In this document: piece by piece, positions 1 through 8,584 of the stretch
How the letters are laid out: each line of letters begins with the position of its first letter
How positions within the stretch are numbered: position 1 is the first letter of the stretch
Assembly (NCBI GenBank): GCA_028687275.1
Contig: JAQUAK010000002.1
Coordinates: 70,102-134,101, forward strand
Origin: Patescibacteria group bacterium
Lineage (GTDB): Bacteria > Patescibacteriota > Patescibacteriia > Patescibacteriales > UBA12465
Direction: 5' to 3'
DNA: 64,000 nt
The notes under the pieces: generated by a model
What the model saw: the letters and a program-made list of their open reading frames with translations, nothing else
What the model was told of the DNA's origin: nothing
The model's database searches: none
Program-made: the position numbers and the translations under genes

Positions 1-1
1 C

Positions 2-358
2 CTTAATACAATCAAAACTGAATTATTAGCTCGTCGCGAACAAATCGTAGACAGCCTTGAAGACATTTCTCAAGCGGATGAGCATGAGGCCGACAATTTA
101 GGTTCTAAATTTCCTGAATACGGTGATAAGCCAGATGAAAATGCCCAAGAAATTAGCGACTACTCCACTAATTCGGCTGCCGAAAAAGTTTTAGAAAAAA
201 CTTTAGAAGATATTGATGGCGCTTTAAAACGCATGGAAGCAGGTACCTATGGTATTTGCAAATATTGCGGTCAGGCTATTAACCCTAAAAGACTACAGGC
301 CAGACCAGTAGCCAGTGCTTGTATTGCTTGTAAAAATGAATTGCAGAATAATGAATAA
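2..358 (+). CDS. TraR/DksA-family C4 zinc-finger protein, 5' end outside window
   Basis: Frame open from window edge to TAA at 356-358. C-terminus GICKYCGQAINPKRLQARPVASACIACK is a CxxC-N17-CxxC finger typical of DksA/TraR. Confidence 0.7.
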   Translation, partial: LNTIKTELLARREQIVDSLEDISQADEHEADNLGSKFPEYGDKPDENAQEISDYSTNSAAEKVLEKTLEDIDGALKRMEAGTYGICKYCGQAINPKRLQARPVASACIACKNELQNNE

Positions 359-839
359 TTATTTCTATAAAAAAAAATACTTTCTCAGCATAGCCGCGAC
401 CCTGGTCATGGCTATGTTTTTTATTACCGATAGAATACTAAAAAATACCGCCCTTAAACTCGGAGAGGGACAAATATACCCTTTAATTAAAAATTGGCTA
501 GATTTTCATTACGTTCCTAATCCTTTTATAGCCTTTTCAATACCAGTCTCGGGTTTAATTTTAAATATTCTAATTATTACTTCAATTTTAGCCCTAGCAA
601 TCTATACGGCTCATTTAATAATAGCCAAAAAGAGCTCCAACACCTTTATTCTTCTCCTGTTCTTCATTTTATTTGGTGCTATAAGCAATCTTTTAGATAG
701 AGTAATTTACGGATTTGTTATTGATTATTTAGATTTTAGATATTTTACTATACTTAATTTAGCGGATATAATGATTAGTGTGCCGTGTATAATATTAATT
801 TTTAAAATATATGGAAACGATAGAAAAAATACAAAGTAA
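351..839 (+). CDS. lspA: lipoprotein signal peptidase II
   Basis: Track ORF 315-839. Multi-TM protein with NPFIAFSIP and NLLDRVIYGFVIDYLDF...NLADIMI motifs of LspA. GTG 315 lies inside the upstream gene, so ATG 336 or 351 is the likelier start. Confidence 0.8.
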   Translation: MNNYFYKKKYFLSIAATLVMAMFFITDRILKNTALKLGEGQIYPLIKNWLDFHYVPNPFIAFSIPVSGLILNILIITSILALAIYTAHLIIAKKSSNTFILLLFFILFGAISNLLDRVIYGFVIDYLDFRYFTILNLADIMISVPCIILIFKIYGNDRKNTK

Positions 840-1521
840 TCAACAAAGAGAAGAAAAAGAAAAAAAGTTTGAAGATTCTTCCGAATTAATAGAAATCAAA
901 AAAATATTACAGTCCTTAAAGGATAAACAGCTAATGAATGAAAATCCTGAGGCATACAAAGAATTAAGTTTTGAGGCATACAAAAAACTGACTGGATTTT
1001 TAATGAATAACGGCCTGGAATTTGTTACAGATGTTAACGACATTTATAGGAAGTACGGTAATAATTTTTCATCACCTTTTATAACCAGGAGAGAGGATCC
1101 TGAAAAAGTAATGTCTCTGTGTGAAGGAGAAAGTATCAATTTATCCTTTGATCCTAATGTTGTCGGAGACAGAGGAGACAAATATGCTAATTGTGCTATT
1201 TGGCCTTACGGAGCCGACGCTGTAGGAGGTATTCGTAATTCTTTTTTAGAAGGGCGAGGCATGGCGGGGCCGATTGTTACCATGATGGCAGTTGAACATA
1301 ACCAAAATAATACATCTCTAGAAAGGCCACAAGATAGTTTAAAAAAAGTTGGGACAATTGAAAGAGATGCTGTGAGAATTGTATCTGGTAAAATAAAAAA
1401 AGAGGATTTAAAATTTATTATTCTAAGAATACAAAGAAATTTTTTTCCTCAAGAGAACCTAACTGAAAAAGAAAAAAATAGTGATAATAAACAAATTTTT
1501 CGTGGTTTCGTTTTTGAATAA
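811..1521 (+). CDS. hypothetical protein (236 aa)
   Basis: Long ORF overlapping the lspA end by 29 nt. No motif I recognise. Confidence 0.45.
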   Translation: METIEKIQSNQQREEKEKKFEDSSELIEIKKILQSLKDKQLMNENPEAYKELSFEAYKKLTGFLMNNGLEFVTDVNDIYRKYGNNFSSPFITRREDPEKVMSLCEGESINLSFDPNVVGDRGDKYANCAIWPYGADAVGGIRNSFLEGRGMAGPIVTMMAVEHNQNNTSLERPQDSLKKVGTIERDAVRIVSGKIKKEDLKFIILRIQRNFFPQENLTEKEKNSDNKQIFRGFVFE

Positions 1522-1549
1522 TAAAAAAGGTTAACAATCAATTAAGACG

Positions 1550-1843
1550 TTAACCTTTCGAGCATTTTATGCAATACTCCGCTGCTGGTACAAGCATGAG
1601 ACGATTCATTTCTATATCTTGCCCACATTTTAAGCAACGACCATAAATACCGCTATCAATACGATACAACGCTTTATTCAAAATCGGAATAAGAATTGTT
1701 TGTTTATAGCGAGTGTATGGAGAAATATCTCCGGATAATAGTTCGTCCTGAATTCTTTCAGGATTTTTATATTTATTTATCCGAGAAATAATTCTAGCTT
1801 TTTGATGCTCCACAAATTCATTATCATAATTATATTTTTTCAT
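1550..1843 (-). CDS. TraR/DksA-family C4 zinc-finger protein
   Basis: C-terminus YGRCLKCGQDIEMNRLMLVPAAEYCIKC carries paired CxxC motifs of the DksA/TraR type. Confidence 0.7.
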   Translation of the reverse strand: MKKYNYDNEFVEHQKARIISRINKYKNPERIQDELLSGDISPYTRYKQTILIPILNKALYRIDSGIYGRCLKCGQDIEMNRLMLVPAAEYCIKCSKG

Positions 1844-1899
1844 GACACTAATTTTGGAACTACACTATATAACATTTTTATATAATTGTCAATAGCTAG

Positions 1900-2331
1900 C
1901 TAAAAACTAATTCCCCTGCTATTCTTATCTAGAATTTTTATACTAATAATAAGTGAATTACTAGGCATGGATGATTTAACCCTTCCTGCCCATTCAACTG
2001 CGCTAACCGTGTCTGCTTGTCCAAAATACTCATCAACACCAATATCTTTTAATTCTGAGCCAGAATCTAAACGATAGGCATCTATATGGCACAATTGCTT
2101 AATTACACCCTTTTTAGCCCTATACAGCTTCATAATTGTATAAGTCGGACTATTTACCAACGCTTTTACACCTAGACCAGCAGCTAATCCTTGAACAAAA
2201 GCAGTTTTACCAGCCCCAAGGTCTCCAGATAAAGCTAAAACCTCACCCCCCTTAAGAGTGGCCGCCAATTCCTTCCCAATAGTAAAAGTTTCTTCCGGAC
2301 TATTACTGATGTATTCAGCTTTTTTTATCAT
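1900..2331 (-). CDS. tsaE: tRNA t6A biosynthesis ATPase TsaE (YjeE)
   Basis: P-loop GDLGAGKTAFVQG and SPTYTIMKLY motif; about 140 aa, the typical TsaE size. Confidence 0.8.
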   Translation of the reverse strand: MIKKAEYISNSPEETFTIGKELAATLKGGEVLALSGDLGAGKTAFVQGLAAGLGVKALVNSPTYTIMKLYRAKKGVIKQLCHIDAYRLDSGSELKDIGVDEYFGQADTVSAVEWAGRVKSSMPSNSLIISIKILDKNSRGISF

Positions 2332-2416
2332 ATTCTTATTCTAAAGGATAATACCAGGAAAATAAAGAGTAACTTGAAAGAGATAAATACTGGCAATATA
2401 ATTAGATATACTAAAC

Positions 2417-2578
2417 ATGTCTTTCAATAACACTTTTGCTTACCTAGCTAATCATAGCCGTCAAACAATGCTTATTAATCTACACAAAGAAGAGTTGGCA
2501 GTGACAGCTATCGCTGCCATTGTAGTCGCTATTAATATTTATTCATTCCTACTTTATCGGAAAGAACATAAAAAATAA
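2417..2578 (+). CDS. possible small membrane protein (53 aa), not on ORF track
   Basis: ATG 2417 to TAA 2576-2578. One hydrophobic helix (LAVTAIAAIVVAINIYSFLLY). Followed directly by a terminator hairpin. Confidence 0.3.
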   Translation: MSFNNTFAYLANHSRQTMLINLHKEELAVTAIAAIVVAINIYSFLLYRKEHKK

Positions 2579-2594
2579 AAGATTAATTAATATA

Positions 2595-2624
2595 AAAAAG
2601 ACTCATTTTTATGAGTCTTTTTTA
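2595..2624. terminator. rho-independent-type hairpin, bidirectional
   Basis: AAGACTCAT-TTTT-ATGAGTCTT flanked by an A-run and a T-run. It sits immediately outside the left att repeat, where the pre-integration tRNA-Val 3' end would have been. Confidence 0.6.
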
Positions 2625-2628
2625 TTAT

Positions 2629-2649
2629 GTGGGCGCACAAGGATTCGAA
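2629..2649. repeat. att core, int-distal copy (partial tRNA-Val 3' end)
   Basis: Identical 21-mer to 13503-13523. Similarity to the tRNA stops after this point. Confidence 0.8.
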
Positions 2650-2764
2650 ACATAAGCCTCGAATTTATAAAGCCCAATAAAATTAAGGCAATTGCTATAA
2701 ATACAGGATATAACGGTTTTACAGGCTTAGTCAACCTTAACCAAAAACTACTCTATTTACCACC

Positions 2765-2789
2765 TTTTGGACACAATATGGACACAGTC
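2765..2789 (+). repeat. 25-bp direct repeat, left copy (candidate integrase arm-type site)
   Basis: TTTTGGACACAATATGGACACAGTC is identical to 13375-13399 and contains GGACACA twice, 11 bp apart. Bracketed by the 11-bp inverted repeat TATTTACCACC (2754-2764) / GGTGGTAAATA (2811-2821). Confidence 0.5.
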
Positions 2790-2871
2790 TGTATTATGGC
2801 GATGCGGGAAGGTGGTAAATAAAAAATAACAACAAAACATGATATAATTAAAAAATACTAATCAAACATAT

Positions 2872-4035
2872 ATGTTTAATAAAATTATAGACAATTTGAC
2901 TTTCAATGATATCGACTGGTTAATACAAAATGAAATTGAGGAAAACCAAAACCTTGAATATAAAAGAGATCTTTGGGGGAATTCTGATGCTGATAAAAAA
3001 GAAATGCTAAAAGACATTGTTTCTATGGCAAATAGCCATGGCGGCTATATTATAATTGGTGTTGGTGAAGGTGATAACAATGAAGCGCATAGTATAAACG
3101 ATATACAAGAAGCTGAATCAAGGAGAGATGAAATATTAAGCTCCTTGTTTGCCAATACTCAACCAAGGCTCCAATCAGTAAAAATAAGAACTTTGACGAA
3201 GGAAAATATTACCGTAATGGCAATAAGCATACCAAACAGTTTCAGAAAACCTCACATGATTACATTTAATGGAATCAACCAATTTTGGATCAGGCATGAT
3301 AGACAGAAAATGAAAATGGCTATTGATGAAATACGGAGGCTATTTATAAATACTTTAGACATAACAAAAGATATACAATCTTTGTTTTCTAGACAAAGTA
3401 ACATTATAAAAATAGTATCAAACAACGAGCCAATGCTAGCAATAGGAGTATCGATGATGCCGCGCGATAGTGAGATTATAGATATACTAGACGCCGATTT
3501 AAGGAATATTTTAGCAAATGGGGAACCCGAAAGATATGGTGGAGTAAGTTTTAATTTTTTACATGAACAGGCACGTCCAACTTATAACGGACTGTCAATA
3601 GGTAGCCATGACTTCAGAAAAATTGACTTACATAGAGATGGATATATCCAAGCAACATCAACAATTTTAGACTATCATAACAATCAGGAAGGCCTTCCTA
3701 TAATGAAAGGCTGGGCTATATTAGAACTTATTTACAGCTTTATTCAAAAGCTGAAAGACATATACAATCATATAGGATACGACGGCCAAATCAGCATATT
3801 TTTTAGCCTATACAATATAGCTGATTTTGGATTATACCCCTACAAGGATGGGGCTATAGGAAATAGGTCTCATAATTTATCAAGATTAGACCAAGATAAT
3901 TTGGAAATAAATAATATAGTTTTTGCTGAAATAGACAAAGACAAAATAACAAAAGTTATAGGCGATAGGATTTGGCAATCTTTTGGTTTTGATGAAGCCC
4001 CCTATTTTGATGACGGCACATTCAAAATAGACTAA
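2872..4035 (+). CDS. AlbA_2 / Schlafen-like (divergent AAA) domain protein
   Basis: N-terminus ENQNLEYKRDL...KEMLKDIVSMANSHGGYIIIGV matches the E-x-LEFK ... faNt-GG-l-iGv pattern of the AlbA_2 domain. C-terminal ~230 aa unassigned. Confidence 0.55.
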   Translation: MFNKIIDNLTFNDIDWLIQNEIEENQNLEYKRDLWGNSDADKKEMLKDIVSMANSHGGYIIIGVGEGDNNEAHSINDIQEAESRRDEILSSLFANTQPRLQSVKIRTLTKENITVMAISIPNSFRKPHMITFNGINQFWIRHDRQKMKMAIDEIRRLFINTLDITKDIQSLFSRQSNIIKIVSNNEPMLAIGVSMMPRDSEIIDILDADLRNILANGEPERYGGVSFNFLHEQARPTYNGLSIGSHDFRKIDLHRDGYIQATSTILDYHNNQEGLPIMKGWAILELIYSFIQKLKDIYNHIGYDGQISIFFSLYNIADFGLYPYKDGAIGNRSHNLSRLDQDNLEINNIVFAEIDKDKITKVIGDRIWQSFGFDEAPYFDDGTFKID

Positions 4036-4084
4036 AATAGATACAATTCCTAAAAAATGATATACTGATTTTAGAAAAAATACT

Positions 4085-4978
4085 ATGAAAAATAAGCCAA
4101 AAACTAAAAAAACTTATAAATTTATTGATTTATTCGCTGGAATAGGTGGATTTCACTTAGCTTTTGACGATGCTGGAGCTGAATGCGTTTTTGTATCCGA
4201 ATGGGATGAGCCAGCCAGAAAAACATATAAAGCTAACTTTGAAAAAAAATCTCCAAAGGTATTTAAAGAAAATAAATTTGTTGGAGATATAACAAAGGTA
4301 AATCCAAAAGATATTCCTGATTTTGATATTATCTGTGGTGGCTTCCCCTGCCAGCCATTCAGTCAATCTGGCTTTAAAAAGGGCTTTAAAGATGACCGTG
4401 GAAACCTGTTTTTTCATATAGCAGACATAATAAAAGAAAAACAACCAAAAGCGTTCTTTTTGGAGAATGTTAGACATTTATTGAACCACGATGATGGAAA
4501 GACATTTGCCACTATCAAAAAAACAATAGAAAAAGACCTCGGTTATTCTTTCTTTCATAAGATAGTTAAGGCTTCAGATTTTGGAGTACCGCAACATAGA
4601 CCCCGCCTATTTATGGTCGGTTTTAAAGACAAAAATATTAACTTTGAATTTCCCGAGCCGATAAAATTAGAAAAAACAATGGATGATATTTTTAAGGGTA
4701 AATGCGAAAAGAAAATAGGTTACACATTAAGAGTCGGTGGGCGTGGATCAAGAATTGACGATAGACATAATTGGGATTCTTATATGGTAAATGGAAAAGT
4801 AAAAAGACTTATGCCAACTGAAGGAAAAAGGATGATGGGATTCCCAGAGAATTATATTTTTCCAGTAACAGATGCTCAAGCCATGAAACAGCTAGGTAAT
4901 GCCGTTGCTGTTCCAGCTATCACTGCCTACGCCAAACAAATCATAAAGACTTTAAAAAAATATGATAAAGGGAAATAA
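4085..4978 (+). CDS. DNA (cytosine-5)-methyltransferase
   Basis: Motif I FAGIGG, motif IV GGFPCQPFS, motif VI ENV, motif VIII QHRPRLF and motif X QLGNAVAVP are all present in canonical order. Confidence 0.9.
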   Translation: MKNKPKTKKTYKFIDLFAGIGGFHLAFDDAGAECVFVSEWDEPARKTYKANFEKKSPKVFKENKFVGDITKVNPKDIPDFDIICGGFPCQPFSQSGFKKGFKDDRGNLFFHIADIIKEKQPKAFFLENVRHLLNHDDGKTFATIKKTIEKDLGYSFFHKIVKASDFGVPQHRPRLFMVGFKDKNINFEFPEPIKLEKTMDDIFKGKCEKKIGYTLRVGGRGSRIDDRHNWDSYMVNGKVKRLMPTEGKRMMGFPENYIFPVTDAQAMKQLGNAVAVPAITAYAKQIIKTLKKYDKGK

Positions 4979-6047
4979 AGGAGAATGGAGCGAATTTTAT
5001 ACATTCTTAAAAGTTCTTGACGATAAGAAATTATTTTTTGCTGACCAAAATCTTGATTTTATTGAAAATCAAATATATCCAGTTCGTGGCGTAATAAGAG
5101 AAGAGGCTAGAACATCTTCAAAATATTATTTTTTGGATAAAGAAAATAATATTCAAATATCCAACATAACGGGAGAAAAGTTAGGCTTCATAGAAGCATC
5201 TAAATTAAAATCTTGTATAACTGAGATGCTTGAAACTTTATCTAAAAAAGGTTTAGGTAGCTCTTTTTCTGTTCCTTGCGCCGAGAATATAATGCCAGAT
5301 TTACATTGCACCCAAATTAAAGCTGGCAATCAAAATAAGGCTGATATAATCGTAAAGGTACAAGAAACTGGGTCACCGATGGAAAATGATTTAGGTTTTA
5401 GTATTAAATCAATGCTTGGTGGCGCTGCTACTCTAGTTAATTCTTCTGGAGCAACTAATTTTATTTATAAAATAAACAACTTCACTGGTAACATTGAAGA
5501 AATAAATAAAATAGCCACAAGGTCAAAAATAAGAGATAGAATAAAAGCAGTTCAGGAAAGTGGCGCTGAAATTGTTTTTGACTCATTAGCCAATGATACC
5601 TTTAAAAATAATCTAGCTTATATAGATTTTACGTTTATTGAAATATTAGCAACTGGTTTAAAAAATTATTTTGAAGGAAAGGTTAGTAAAATCGCAGACT
5701 TACCATTATTACTAGATAGCAATCTAGAATTGAAAAATAGATATAATTTCAGTATTTCCCAACTGGAATCAAAACTAAAAATGTTTTTAAGAATATCTGC
5801 CCTAGGGATGGTGCCTAACACTCCATGGGATGGAGAAAGTCGGGCTACTGGAGGATGTTTGGTCGTTAAACAGAATGGAGATATAGCCTGTTACAGAGTT
5901 TACGATTTTGATGCTTTACAAGAGTATTTGTATAGAAATACGAAATTTGAAACACCTGGTAGCACAAAGCATGGTTTTGGAAAAATATACGAAAAAAATG
6001 GAAACTTATACATAAATCTGAATTTGCAGGTAAGATTTCTAAAATAA
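4962..6047 (+). CDS. type II restriction endonuclease, HpaII-like (tentative)
   Basis: Overlaps the methyltransferase stop by 17 nt. 361 aa. The N-terminal NKGEWSEFYTFLKVL resembles my memory of the HpaII-family N-terminus; not verified by search. Confidence 0.55.
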   Translation: MIKGNKGEWSEFYTFLKVLDDKKLFFADQNLDFIENQIYPVRGVIREEARTSSKYYFLDKENNIQISNITGEKLGFIEASKLKSCITEMLETLSKKGLGSSFSVPCAENIMPDLHCTQIKAGNQNKADIIVKVQETGSPMENDLGFSIKSMLGGAATLVNSSGATNFIYKINNFTGNIEEINKIATRSKIRDRIKAVQESGAEIVFDSLANDTFKNNLAYIDFTFIEILATGLKNYFEGKVSKIADLPLLLDSNLELKNRYNFSISQLESKLKMFLRISALGMVPNTPWDGESRATGGCLVVKQNGDIACYRVYDFDALQEYLYRNTKFETPGSTKHGFGKIYEKNGNLYINLNLQVRFLK

Positions 6048-6111
6048 CAAAAAGTATAAACAATATATCTATATTTCAAATTGTGTTATAAAAAAATAAT
6101 TTACAAAATAT

Positions 6112-6861
6112 ATGGCAAGTCGAATTTTTAGCAAAGCACCCCTCACCGAAGTTATATTGGAAATCAAATTTAAAGATCCCAACATAAAAAATTATGAAAT
6201 TTTAACAGGGGAATTAAACGCAAAATTAAAGAAAAAATACCCTTACTTTGAACCGTTAAAACCACAAGAGATTCCTTCATTTCTATTGCCACACGTAGTA
6301 CACCACCGGTTTAGAAAAAATATTAACGAATACCCCTTATACCAAATAGGGCCAGGCATAGTTACTTTTAATTCTAATGGTGAAAATTATGCAAATGGTG
6401 GTTGGCCAAACTTCAGAAAAACCCTAATAGACTTTATTGCAGCGTATAAAGATGTTTTAACTGACGAGTTATTCACTTCTGAAAATATAGAAAAAATAAC
6501 ATTAAGATATATTGATAAAATAGAAGATGCTCGAATGTACCCAGACACAAAAAAATATTTTCGTGAAAATCTTAAATTATCAATCGAACCAGAATTTGTT
6601 AATAATACTGATTATAAGGATGGGCTACAAGATATATCTTTATTCCAAACATATAAATTAAATGATGGCACCTCAAAGCTATTATTCAATATTCGAACAA
6701 TAACAGAAGGGTCTAGAAAATTATTAGTTGACTCATCTGTTGTAGTAAAAGATATCTCAAGCACAGATTCACTAAAACCATGGCTAGATTTCGCTCACAA
6801 AAAACTCAAAGAGCTATTTTTAGGTCTAACATCAAATATACAAGACACTTTTAACGAATAA
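6112..6861 (+). CDS. hypothetical protein, TIGR04255-like N-terminus (tentative)
   Basis: N-terminal FSKAPLTEVILEIKF resembles the conserved start of the uncharacterised TIGR04255 family. First gene of a three-gene coupled set. Confidence 0.4.
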   Translation: MASRIFSKAPLTEVILEIKFKDPNIKNYEILTGELNAKLKKKYPYFEPLKPQEIPSFLLPHVVHHRFRKNINEYPLYQIGPGIVTFNSNGENYANGGWPNFRKTLIDFIAAYKDVLTDELFTSENIEKITLRYIDKIEDARMYPDTKKYFRENLKLSIEPEFVNNTDYKDGLQDISLFQTYKLNDGTSKLLFNIRTITEGSRKLLVDSSVVVKDISSTDSLKPWLDFAHKKLKELFLGLTSNIQDTFNE

Positions 6862-6862
6862 T

Positions 6863-7135
6863 ATGGAAGCATTAACAATAAAAACAACTGAAGATCGTGA
6901 GTTTAATAATTTTAATTACGATAACGCAGTTCAATCAAAACACATCTTTATTGATAATAAAAAATTTTTTAAACGTATAAATAACCAGAAGCTTTCATCT
7001 GTTACGTCTGGACAAATAAAAAATATAGAGTCTTCTGTCTACATGATGAACTCAGTTTTTGCAAAAGGATGGGTTGATAAAGCCGAATTTATAACAAAAG
7101 ATGAGTTTTTTAAAAGATTTAATCAACAAAAATGA
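6863..7135 (+). CDS. hypothetical protein (90 aa)
   Basis: ATG lies 1 nt after the upstream stop. Its stop overlaps the next start (ATGA). Confidence 0.4.
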   Translation: MEALTIKTTEDREFNNFNYDNAVQSKHIFIDNKKFFKRINNQKLSSVTSGQIKNIESSVYMMNSVFAKGWVDKAEFITKDEFFKRFNQQK

Positions 7136-7815
7136 GCGAAAATTTTTATAAAATACCAGTAACTGAAGACGACCTAAATCAGGGCGATATATTTGAGTCA
7201 ATTCCTTTTGTACAATTAGACTCAAAGATAGTAACCCAAATGGTGGAAACAGAGAATGATCTAAAAACCATGGACATATCTAGCCACGTGCCAGATGAAG
7301 ATCAAAAAACAGACTTGGTTGTGGCATCTATAATGTGGAAGCCTGGCATAGTAATATCGCAAAATTGTGATGCCACAAGAGAAGAGTACATTAGTTTTTG
7401 CGAAATAAGAAGACTTGAAGATACCGATAAGGATTATGCTCAAATTGCTCACAAAAGCGTAGAAAGAAAAATAGAATATTTATCAAAAAAAGAATACCAG
7501 CATCAATTTAAATATTTTTATCTATTACAGGATCAAGGCGTGTTTGATGGTAATAAAATGGCTGTGGATTTTAGAAGAATATACCAAGTCAAAAAAGAAA
7601 TCATTGACGCATTAAAAAATAAACGAATTGCTAGACTAACGGACAAGTCTTTAGATCACTTTAGATCAAAATTAGGAAACTATTTTAAACGTTTCGCTTA
7701 TGATGGGTGGTATGTTTTAAATAAAGGGGAATATGATATATTTTATGATAACGCTAGAAAAAAGCTCAATGATCATGAGCTCAGTTTCATAAAGCCGTAT
7801 CCATGGCATATATAA
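7132..7815 (+). CDS. hypothetical protein (227 aa)
   Basis: Translationally coupled to 6863-7135. No recognisable motif. Confidence 0.45.
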   Translation: MSENFYKIPVTEDDLNQGDIFESIPFVQLDSKIVTQMVETENDLKTMDISSHVPDEDQKTDLVVASIMWKPGIVISQNCDATREEYISFCEIRRLEDTDKDYAQIAHKSVERKIEYLSKKEYQHQFKYFYLLQDQGVFDGNKMAVDFRRIYQVKKEIIDALKNKRIARLTDKSLDHFRSKLGNYFKRFAYDGWYVLNKGEYDIFYDNARKKLNDHELSFIKPYPWHI

Positions 7816-7827
7816 AATATAAAATAC

Positions 7828-7857
7828 AAAAAGTTGCTTAATCAGCAACTTTTTTTT
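7828..7857. terminator. bidirectional hairpin between convergent genes
   Basis: AAAAAGTTGCT-TAATC-AGCAACTTTTT with flanking A and T runs. Confidence 0.65.
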
Positions 7858-7868
7858 ATTGGTAACTA

Positions 7869-8582
7869 TTAAAATCTTAAAACATCAAGCCCAAGTATTT
7901 TGGCACCATTTTCCAAACGACATTCTCTTTGTTCCATATCAAATACTATTTTTAAAAACATATAATTGAATTCAAATAATGCCAACTCTTTGCCACCATC
8001 CCCTGTTTTAAAAAATCTATATGTGACTCCAACTTTATCAATTGTTTTATTCGAGCCTATGCAAATATAGCCATGGAAATCTCTTTTTCCTAGAATGATT
8101 TTCCTAACCTCATCAAATCTTGAAGAAAGGCAAAAATCAATACCATGGTCTAAACATAAAAGCTCTAAACCGATTTTATATAATGCGCGTGCGAGCAACT
8201 TCATATTTTTATTAGACATTTTTTTTCTGCCAGTGAATTTTAAATTAAATCCTTCATGGGTCTTTATAAAATCATTTTTATTATTTCTCTTAAGAACTAA
8301 GTTGATATGTTTCTTTGATGGATTTTCTAAAGATACAGTACTAAAACTTGCACGCGGAACGCTTCCTTTTTTTGTTTCAATACCATAAAAAGTTCTAAGA
8401 AATAAAATTACATCAAAATTTACCAGCTCACTATCCAAAACAGATAAAATACCATTGTTACACTCATCACAAACCACTCCTTTTGGTAAAATCTTTTCTT
8501 TACTACCCAAAGATTCTGGAAAAATATGTTCCACACTTAAAAAAGAATTAGTCTCACTTTTACAAAATAAACAAATACTCAT
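7869..8582 (-). CDS. HNH endonuclease-family protein
   Basis: N-terminus CLFCKSE...SVEHIFPESLG...VCDECNNG is a Cys4/His HNH (HNH_5-like) pattern. C-terminal ~150 aa unassigned. Confidence 0.65.
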   Translation of the reverse strand: MSICLFCKSETNSFLSVEHIFPESLGSKEKILPKGVVCDECNNGILSVLDSELVNFDVILFLRTFYGIETKKGSVPRASFSTVSLENPSKKHINLVLKRNNKNDFIKTHEGFNLKFTGRKKMSNKNMKLLARALYKIGLELLCLDHGIDFCLSSRFDEVRKIILGKRDFHGYICIGSNKTIDKVGVTYRFFKTGDGGKELALFEFNYMFLKIVFDMEQRECRLENGAKILGLDVLRF

Positions 8583-8584
8583 AA

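Noticed and set aside
2620-2821. Open frame running through the left att region and ending FGHNMDTVCIMAMREGGK, considered as an integrase pseudogene
   Set aside because: Apart from the 25-bp repeat there is no resemblance to the integrase sequence upstream of it. The frame has no plausible start and crosses the tRNA fragment.
4157-4477. Antisense ORFs inside confident genes (for example 4157-4477, 8095-8388, 12874-13236, 16258-16566, 17491-17796, 27928-28188, 39947-40291, 44935-45192, 57041-57412, 60743-61018, 62518-62787)
   Set aside because: They are shadow frames opposite well-supported coding regions, with low-complexity or hydrophobic composition typical of AT-rich antisense strands.
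7133-7135. Alternative genetic code (UGA reassigned, as in some CPR relatives)
   Set aside because: TGA terminates ORFs at sensible positions (for example 6863-7135). Conserved proteins such as DnaA, GlyA, PpsA and RecQ are full length under the standard code.
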